A stretch of DNA of 64,000 bases from Alloascoidea hylecoeti (Eukaryota): contig BCKZ01000001.1 of NCBI GenBank assembly GCA_001600815.1, positions 416,613 to 480,612 on the forward strand, written 5' to 3'. Of this stretch, positions 55,387 to 64,000 are shown in pieces. How positions within the stretch are numbered: position 1 is the stretch's first letter; each line of letters opens with the position of its first letter. Under the pieces are notes generated by a model. That model searched no databases, had not been told where the DNA came from, and saw only the letters and a program-made list of their open reading frames with translations. A program made the translations under genes and the position numbers.

Positions 55387-58300
55387 TCACATATCTAAAT
55401 TATAGTTGGCCAACTCCTTTAATTTTTTATACCATCTCTTATGGGCCACCTTCGCTTGTTTCTCGGCTATGAAGGTCTCTAATCCATTTTTCGGCCTTTC
55501 CCGTAGCAATCGAAGTTTTTGGGGATCGCGTACTTTTTCTAAATTACGTAAATTTATTTGTGGAGGGTTCATGTTCTCCACATTGGGTTGGTATTGAGGA
55601 CGATGTGGAGATTGTGACTGGGGGTATCCGCTCCTAGATCGTGATCTAACTCGGTCACGTCGATCGTTCCTTGTATGGTGTGATATAGGGGAACGGGGTG
55701 TTCTACCTGTATAAACCGACCTACTAAACTCGGTTCCTTGATCACTATAATACCCGCCATCGTCATTTCCCCTTTCTGTCGAGTCAGAGTAATCATCGTA
55801 ATAATTACTGTGAACACTCCTTGTAAAACGACTTTCATCAAGACTTTGAGTTCGTGATAGAGTTCTGGTCATCATGGATTGCGAGCGAGACTCTGATAAA
55901 GATCTAGGAATAGATCTTGATCTTGATCTAGGCGGCGATAACGTCTCTCGTCGAAGCTTCTCTAATTCTCTCTCTTTTCGTCTGATTGCTTCCTTTTCTT
56001 TCTGTAATTGTAATTCCAATTCTCTAGTTTTCAGTCTATCCATTTGACGCTTTAGTTTTAATTCTAACTCAATTCTTTTTCGTTCTTTACGTCGCCTTTC
56101 TCTTTCTCTGGCTCTTTCTTCTTCTCTTTCTAATTCTCTTTGTCTTTTCTTCTCATATTTTATTCTTTCTTGTTCAAGTTCTTGTTGCTTTCTTCTTTCT
56201 TTTTCTTTAATTCTCTCTAACTCTCTTTGTCTTTCAATTTCCCTTTCTCTAGCAAGTTCACTCTCCCTTCGTTTTCTCTTTTCCTCTCTTATTTTTTCTA
56301 ATTCCAATTCCCGTTGTTTTGCCATTGCCTTCTGTTTAGCAATTTCGGAATCTCGTTGTTTTTGCTTTGCAATCTCACGCTCACGTTCTATTTGAGCGCG
56401 TTTCTCTTTTTCTAATTGTTGTTCTTGAAGTGCTTTCTCATCTTTAAGTTTTTCATTTGCTTCTTTTTCAGCAATAAATTTCTTTATTTTTTCCTTTTCT
56501 AGTCTTTTTAAGTGTAATTCTTCTCTATGAGCTTGTGTCATACAAAATGTATCGTTATCTATATCTTTAACAATTTCAATATTCATTAACCCTGCAATTT
56601 TAAACTTTTTTGTTAAAGTTGGTGATCTACTTATCTCATCATTACTATTTTTGGAAGAACCTGTTTTACTCGTGCCCGTTGTTTTATTTGTACCTGATGT
56701 TTTATTTGTACCTGATGTTTTATTTGTACCTGATGTTTTATTTGTACCTGATGTATGATTTGTTCTGCCGGATAATCGTGTTGGCGGTTTTGATACATGT
56801 CGAGAATGTCTTCTTTCTTTTGGTATATGCCCACTAGATCTTCTCGATTTCCTTCCGATGGTATCAGGTAATTTTGGTGAAGGGTCGTTTAGATGATATT
56901 CTTGAATATGTTGTGCATGTCTTTCCTTTTCCCTATCAATTTGTTTAAATAATTCTTGTTGTATTGAATCAGAAAGAGCTGTTGTTGGTTTATTATTTTG
57001 TAATTCTTGTTCTCGCTCTCGTTCTTTATTTATTTGGATTTGTTGGTTTTCAAGTTCTTCTTGTCGTTTCTTTTCTTGTAATAAAGCATTTTTCAGTTCT
57101 TTCTGTTTATGTCGCTTTTCAAGTAATTCGTTTTCTTTTTGTTTTTGCTGTTCATATAACATTTCTACTCGTCTTCTTTCTGCTTCCTGTTCCTGCATGC
57201 GTCGTTCCTCTTGCTTTTCCTTTTCTGCTTCTAATAGTTGTTGAGCTAATAATTCTTCCTTTCTTCTGCGTTTTTCTTCATCATGTTTTTGCTTTTCTAT
57301 CAGTCGTTGCTCCCTCCTCTTCTGTTTTTCTGCTTTTTTTTGTTCGAGTTCTTTCCGTAGTCTTTCTTCTTCTTGTTGTAATTCAATTTGTTTTGCAATC
57401 TCTTCTATTTCCTCCTTTTCTCGTTGCTGTTTTTCTTCCTCTTCCTTTTTAGTTAAGTTTATAGCTTGTTTTAATTGTTCAGCTTCTTCTTCTTCAATTT
57501 GTTTCTGTTTCAACATTTCTCTTTCTTTTCGTGCTTTTTTCCGTTCCATATCTTTAATTTTCCTACGTTCTTTTTCTTCCATTCGATTTTGACTAACTCT
57601 TAATAATGCTTGTTCTAATTCTTGTAATTTATCGTCTTCTTCTTTTTGTAATTTTATTGCTAAGGTTTCTTGTTCTTTTAGTTGTTGTTGTTCCTGTAAA
57701 TGTTGTAATTGAATTAATTCTTCTAATTCCGCTTTACGACTTTCTAATTCTTGTTTTCGAAGTTTTTTTAAATTTTGTGCTTCTGTTTCTTGTTTAATTT
57801 TATTTGATTTTTCTCTATTTTTTAATAAAATTGCATTCTTATATTGTTCTTCAATATTAAGTTGTTGCTGTAAAACATGATGGATTTCAAGTTGTTGATC
57901 AGAAATTTCTCGTGATTTATTTTCGTTTTCTAGCTTTTTATCTAATAGCTGGTTTTGTTTTTGTTGATTTTTTTGTAATTCCATTTCTTTAGCTCGAGAT
58001 TTTTCAATTTCTAATGCTTGAGCTTGTTGTTTTCTTCTAAGATTAGCTTTAGCTCTTGATAATTCATCAAGTTGATTTGCATATTGAGGTAATGGATTAA
58101 TAGAATTTGCATCAAAAAATGTAGTATCATTATTACTTGATGTCGGAGTAAGTCTTGTTGGAGATTGTGATCTAGATCTTGATTTTTCTCTATTTCGAAC
58201 TCGATCTTTTGAATTTTTGGATAGAATGGGTAATGGTGGTGGTATAATAGAATTTAAATTTGAATTGATATCGGGGTTTTGAAAACTTGAACTTCTATTT

Positions 58301-58746
58301 GATTTATAATTTTTTAAGCCCAATCGTATTCCATCAAATAATTTATTTCCGATACCTAAATGACTATATTTTGAATTATTATTATATAGAGTTCCTGAGC
58401 CACCGGATCCATTTTTTGATATATCATTTAAGGGATTGGGAGTTGACACAAAACGCCTTTTTAATGCATCAGTTTTTGTCATTTCGGCTGATGATGGTAA
58501 TAAATTTGGAGTTTTGGTATTTGATAACATGGATAAGTTACGGGTTGATATTGGGATTTTTGATGATAATGGTCGTGGACCAGTTATACCAGGAGATAAA
58601 GATATAGCATCGATGATATTTCTATGGTTAGGATCTGGATAAACTTCAGAAGATGCTTGTGATGGGGATGGAGATAAATCTGGTAAGACAACAGACCATG
58701 ATATTTCCGGTAAGTTTGGTAACGGCTTATCTTTTGTTGTTGTCAT
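55387..58746 (-). CDS. 1119-aa charged coiled-coil/low-complexity protein of unknown function
   Basis: Long intact ORF with E/K/R/Q-rich helical blocks and RS-rich segments. No family recognised. Confidence 0.75.
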   Translation of the reverse strand: MTTTKDKPLPNLPEISWSVVLPDLSPSPSQASSEVYPDPNHRNIIDAISLSPGITGPRPLSSKIPISTRNLSMLSNTKTPNLLPSSAEMTKTDALKRRFVSTPNPLNDISKNGSGGSGTLYNNNSKYSHLGIGNKLFDGIRLGLKNYKSNRSSSFQNPDINSNLNSIIPPPLPILSKNSKDRVRNREKSRSRSQSPTRLTPTSSNNDTTFFDANSINPLPQYANQLDELSRAKANLRRKQQAQALEIEKSRAKEMELQKNQQKQNQLLDKKLENENKSREISDQQLEIHHVLQQQLNIEEQYKNAILLKNREKSNKIKQETEAQNLKKLRKQELESRKAELEELIQLQHLQEQQQLKEQETLAIKLQKEEDDKLQELEQALLRVSQNRMEEKERRKIKDMERKKARKEREMLKQKQIEEEEAEQLKQAINLTKKEEEEKQQREKEEIEEIAKQIELQQEEERLRKELEQKKAEKQKRREQRLIEKQKHDEEKRRRKEELLAQQLLEAEKEKQEERRMQEQEAERRRVEMLYEQQKQKENELLEKRHKQKELKNALLQEKKRQEELENQQIQINKEREREQELQNNKPTTALSDSIQQELFKQIDREKERHAQHIQEYHLNDPSPKLPDTIGRKSRRSSGHIPKERRHSRHVSKPPTRLSGRTNHTSGTNKTSGTNKTSGTNKTSGTNKTTGTSKTGSSKNSNDEISRSPTLTKKFKIAGLMNIEIVKDIDNDTFCMTQAHREELHLKRLEKEKIKKFIAEKEANEKLKDEKALQEQQLEKEKRAQIEREREIAKQKQRDSEIAKQKAMAKQRELELEKIREEKRKRRESELAREREIERQRELERIKEKERRKQQELEQERIKYEKKRQRELEREEERARERERRRKERKRIELELKLKRQMDRLKTRELELQLQKEKEAIRRKERELEKLRRETLSPPRSRSRSIPRSLSESRSQSMMTRTLSRTQSLDESRFTRSVHSNYYDDYSDSTERGNDDGGYYSDQGTEFSRSVYTGRTPRSPISHHTRNDRRDRVRSRSRSGYPQSQSPHRPQYQPNVENMNPPQINLRNLEKVRDPQKLRLLRERPKNGLETFIAEKQAKVAHKRWYKKLKELANYNLDM
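56681..56752 (+). repeat. Perfect 18-bp tandem repeat x4 encoding (TSGTNK)n on the minus strand
   Basis: GTTTTATTTGTACCTGAT x4. Confidence 0.95.
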
Positions 58747-60610
58747 CTTATTTTCTTCTTAAGGAGTAGAATTAATTTGATCATGACATTTGAAAAAAGA
58801 GGACTGCCGAGTGTGTTAGAGTACCCGTACATGTAAACACAATTTACAACTTGTTGCCTCTCTTATTTATTATATGCATTCTGGCAGTGCCAAATATTTT
58901 ATTTGGTACAATTACAGCCATTTGTACTAAAATAAGATACTCAGACAATAAACAATTGCTACAACAAAATAATCCAATTGCAATTGAAATATTCAAGTTC
59001 ATACTCTGATTCAATTAAGATTGTACCCACATTGAAGATCATTAGATGCGTATGTAATATCTTCAAACGTTAAAAGATGTGTATGGTTATTTAACTTCAT
59101 CATTGATTCATCAACTGACCGTGGAAATTGAACCTCCGAAGTCAATTTTGGTATCCTAGGGATTATTAGCATTGCTTTGAACAAATGATATACGTCCATC
59201 AATAGGGTCTTCAGCACGGTATGTTAAGATCAGTTGGTGGTATACGTAATATATTACGTAGATGGGGCTTGAATTGTTGTATCGATTGCAATTTTCAAGT
59301 GGGAGAATTGAATTGAAAATATAGGTACATTTAGAGGGTTTATAATAGCTGCTTCTATAATAATTATAATTGGAACGATTATTCTGATGATATTTTACAT
59401 TCGTCATCATGGCGCTAATAAGGCACAAGTACTATGGAAGTAAGTAGTATCTTAAGTCTATATTAACTTTAACTGCGATGTTAATTGTTGTGTGACAACA
59501 TTGATAAACTACACACCTAATGGTTTACAAATAAGTAGATTCATAAATAAGGTTCAGTAGTCTTTAGCTTTATCCCTAGCCCAATATAAATAGCCTAAAA
59601 ACAGGGTGAAATAAATATGATACCATGCAAACCAAGTTCACTAGACATGTTCATAAATACTCCGTGAGGATATCTGTTATTTACAAAATATGAAGTACAA
59701 GTTGAGGAAAGTCCGACGATGAAGGTGAAGAAGTGTTGGCAAGATGGAATTTTTATTTTTTGCATTTGGTGTCGATAATTTTCTTCTTTTTACCGATAAG
59801 TTATCTAACTAAAGATTTTGGTGCAGTTAGCTAAATTATGTAACGTTAACAGAAAATTACACATCTATGCACATCCCAATTTATCGTGGATTATAGTATT
59901 TAATTTGTATTGTTAGTCAGCTAAGTCTTCGTATGCTATTAATTTTTACTCTTCAAATCGTATCAAATGTTTGGTCTGTATATAAGTATATTTAATAGCC
60001 TCACCAAAAGTAAAACATTATAATTAGCAAACCGAGACACTAGCTATCACTCTCAGCATACCTATATGATAGAACTATTCAAACATAAGATTAATAATTA
60101 TTGTTACAGTTATAAATATTTGTCCTCAAGAAATCTCGTACAACAAGTATCATTATGAACTAATTTTAGCTAACATATATATAATTACATATCAGAATCT
60201 TCCAATTGTGCGTGTGTGTGATATAAATATATGAACAATCGACAAATTGCAAATTAAAAATTAGAGTAATAAATGTTCGAGATCAATTTTTTGCAATTGA
60301 AATGGGCGGTATTTTGTCAATTTGATATACCTATTCAGCAATACATCAGACCAAATTTATTTTCCTTTTAATATCAATTCCTATTGAAACTAGAATTTTT
60401 TATAACATGCAATTGTTATTTACTGTTAACTAGAATAAAAAATAATTTCTTGCTGTTCATATTTTCGTTCGCAAAATATCTTAACAAGACATCGCTGACG
60501 CTAAGAATGTGTTAACAACATCATTCACCACTACAGTGTCATATAAGTACTATATTACACCTATCGATCATGATAATTACCGAAAAATATCGTATTAAGC
60601 TATAAATTAA

Positions 60611-62997
60611 TCAAGTAATATATACATACCTATCCTTGCCCACTCTTTTAATATAATCCTTTTGAATTAATTCTTCAATACATTTCTTTAGATCAGCATT
60701 GTTTGGTTTAAATCTAGAAATTGACTCTGTCAAGATTTCACTAACTAAAGAAACATGATCTAATTCTTTTCTCGCCTTCATGATTCTGACAATACAAGTC
60801 TCAGTGCACATTCTTCCATATTCTTCAATTTCTTTTGTAGTATACGATAGTTCTTTTTTGACTTCATTCTCGATAGGTAAATTTAAATTAACCTCCTTTT
60901 TACTTTTAAAATCTGGATTAATTTTAAATTTTGTAGTAATATGATATGCCACAACTGGGGAAGGTAATAAGTTTGCCAATAATATCTTAGCTTTGACCAA
61001 TATTGATAGAGGACCTGATAAAGTCTTATCAACCAATCCAGTAATTCTACTTAATTCTTGAAATGTGTATACATCACCATGGTTGTATGGTAATAATATA
61101 GCCATTTGATATAATGAAACTTGAAAAATCTTATAATTAGATGTACTAGCTTTTCCTGAAATATTTGCTTTTAATTCACCTCGACAATACTGCCATAGCC
61201 AAGATAGTTTTCGGCTTGGATGTTTGTTTGAATAATACGTGACAAATCCATCAAATGTTTGTTTTAATTCCTTGGGTAAAATGAACTTATTGTTGGGCTT
61301 GGTGAATGGCCACCTATTTTCAGCCAATATCAAAGGTGATATACCAGTATCAAAATCATTAACATTTCTGAATTTATTTCTTAAATCTTTATTTTCAAGC
61401 ATATTATTAAGCATTTGTTGCAATTTAGAAGTATATTTAGTACCAGCGATTGATTGTAATCCATTGACCAATTTAATTTCTGATTCTAGATCTTCAGAAG
61501 CACTTTGGTTATTAACAAGCCTTCGAGCAAGCAGTCGTCTATAAAAAGGTTCAAATACATTTTTATCGGACAAATATTTAAAAATAGTTAATGTATTACT
61601 TAAAACCTCCTCAGTATTTGTTGACTCTTTATTTTTCTTCCTCAGTAAATAATCTGCATATTTAACTAACAATTCGGGGGTTTTTGAGATTAGGTGATTT
61701 CTTCTATTTTCTATCTGTGGCATTGCAATGGGATTATTATTGATAAACTCTGTGCACCCATCATCCAAAGATTTCAAAAATTCTGCATTCTTATCAAAGG
61801 AATCATCAACAACTTTAGAAAATTTTTGATTAACGGCAAGAAGCGTTTCAATATATTTCACTGGATCAATTAATCCTGGTCTTTTAACAGGAGTGATTGG
61901 TGTACTAGGTGTAGCCGCGGAAGACTTCATTTCTTCCTTACAGTTTGTAACTGCCTTTAAACCTTCATTAATAACATGATTTTGAAATACTTCTCGAAGT
62001 GGTACCAATGTTAAAGGAACATGATTTAATAATCTAAATATTTGTTGTAGATTATTTGGTTCCTCGGCATCCAATAATGTTTGGAATTGATTTCTCAAAA
62101 TATCAGTATGTCCTAAAATTAAAATATTATTCAAAACCATCTTTAATGGGGTTTCAAAATCACTAATTTCTGGATGCTGTTCAACTATTCTAGTTTCTGC
62201 ATCTCTAATATAATCAACAACCGAATTACTTGATAAAAATAAACTAGACTCTTTTTCAAGATAAGAGGATGTAGTTTCTAATAAGCTATTCTCTAAATAT
62301 TCCGAATATGCTATTAAATTTGTTTTTTTCGAGCCATTTTTACCTAGAAGCACAAATGAACTGATAGAACTAGAAACATCGGAGCCATTAATATATTCAC
62401 CATCCTTTTGTTTCTCAATTTGTTGTAAAATTTCATCTACTAGAGTACCAAAATTTGGATGAAAGATGATACGTTTCCATTTAATTAAACATAAGGATTT
62501 AACATCATGAATATTTTTATGACCCTCATCTCTTTCCTTTCGAACCCAATAAGAATTCAAATATGCAAACAAATGATTTAGACGATCTGTGCCAAGCATG
62601 AAACGATTCCAAGAGCGGACATAAAATTGTAAGAAAGTTTCGGAAGGTAATTTTTTCAAAGAGGAAAGATATTGGACTAAATAATCAGACAATTTGTAGT
62701 AAATACCCTCACCAATCAATGGTTCACCATGTGTCGACCTTTGGTTGGAAGTCGTTTGATTAGGTCCTTTAAACTGAATTTTGGTGCAATAATTATGAAT
62801 TGCAGAATAGGCTCCAATGTACATTTCAGTGCTAATTATTTCCCCGTCTGAAATGTCATCGACTAGGGTATGGTTAATGATTGGGTTGAGATATTCCCAA
62901 CTAGAAGGAGGTTTAGTGATCGTTGATTCTACAATAGTAGAAGAGGAACTTACACGGAATGGAGGTTTGTTAGACTCGGAGGGGTGATATAGGACAT
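60611..62997 (-). CDS. Cullin, Cdc53/Cul1-like, divergent; 2 exons
   Basis: ATG 62997 and intron 62901-62953 give MSYITPPSLTNLHSVWEYLNP...MYIGAYSAIHNYC. LFAYLNSYWVRKERDEG, KTPELLVKYAD, FYRRLLARRLV, RKLSWLW and the neddylation motif IVRIMKARK. Confidence 0.88.
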
Positions 62998-64000
62998 GTT
63001 CTGGTGAAGATTTGGATACAAGGAGATAATGCTGAGGTGGTGCTGGTTTTTAAGAAAAATTAGGGTAACAGTAAATAGACAAATGGAAAATAATGTTTAT
63101 GTCATTCTTATTTTATTTTTATTTATTTGTGTTGAAGCTAGGTAGGTAAGTTATTCATGTATGGAGTATTATGGAGAGGTATGAATATATGATATGGACT
63201 CTTTCATGCAATAGCGTGCAGTCCCATGCACATATATAGTGCATAATTACCAAATTAGACCATCCAAATACCCTAATACGAGTTTCAAGCTTTGAATTCT
63301 TAACTACGTGAAAGTCATGGGCCCTTTCTGATACATGTATAAACTTATACATTATCAGTTTTTGCAATATAATTACTGCTTCAAAAAAATTGTATATGGC
63401 TATCAGAAGTTGAAGTATTTTGTCGAAATATATCTCAATTGATAATTTAACATTTTGCAATATTGAGCCATATGGATGATGCATTTTTTATATGTATATG
63501 CATATGAATATATAAATCTGCTATTTTTGGCGATTGACCATATCTATTAGGCTATAGCCCATAGATTTCAATTATCAAAAGATCTCTAGTCATACTTTTT
63601 AGATATAAATATCAGTCGCTTGGGTACCTCTTACAAATTTGTAGTACTTATCTCATTTTTAGGTTCGAATTCTTATTTCTTATTAGAGTACTCCCGAGAC
63701 TCTTGATTCTTCAATCTTTAAACAGTAATCGAAAATCATTATGGCTTGATTGATTATATATTTAGGACTATAGCTAGCTTTAATAGCTATAAGTTTATAT
63801 ATATGGTTACTATTGAATATCCTGTCTATTTGCTAAATAATTATGTAACTGAGGAATAATTGAAATTTAATTCAGCTCGTTGTAATTATATTCAAAATGT
63901 AGTAGCAAGTATGGGTACTCTAGTATTTGATGTAAGGCTTATATGGTAGAATAGAATTTTCTTAATCATACGTGTAAGCCTTATACTGTAATTAAAAGGG

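Noticed and set aside
56681..56752. CRISPR-like or telomeric array
   Set aside because: The units are directly adjacent with no spacers and are in-frame coding in a eukaryotic gene.
59011..59428. Short ORFs between the orphan gene and the cullin
   Set aside because: Non-ATG starts, frequent stops in adjacent frames and no motif; at most decayed sequence.
13665..62997. GRR1, cullin and arrestin as a ubiquitin gene cluster
   Set aside because: They are separated by tens of kb of unrelated housekeeping genes, with no evidence of functional clustering.

Overview
This is eukaryotic nuclear DNA from an AT-rich, intron-containing budding yeast (Saccharomycotina-like). CTG falls at conserved Leu positions in eIF5 and the MAPK, so the standard code applies. 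There are about 23 apparently intact genes: SEC24 (5' part), a TMEM14 gene, STE18, ERV2, TIP41, EMC2, TIF5, BIR1, GRR1, JSN1/PUF2, a PRCC-domain gene, PPS1, an SLT2-type MAPK, a small spliced mitochondrial-looking gene, DAP2, a ~1920-aa internally repeated protein, COX6, ELF1, a CIC1/UTP30-like L1-domain gene, RCN1, two tandem GNATs, a GIP3/HER1-like gene, a coiled-coil orphan and a divergent Cdc53/Cul1 cullin. Many need short GT-AG introns that the ORF track misses. Degenerate sequences include an inverted SEC24 3' fragment, a GATA-like zinc-finger relic, a gag-like zinc-knuckle relic and an arrestin-like pseudogene. The most notable signals are a poor-context TTT-ATG uORF in the eIF5 leader, an in-frame triplicated giant gene with a ~460-bp identical tract, sharp GC spikes at the 5' ends of AT-rich genes, and the divergent cullin. 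I recognised no tRNA, rRNA or CRISPR features. All identities come from manual motif recognition; no searches were run. I could not demonstrate a wholly new multi-gene system.
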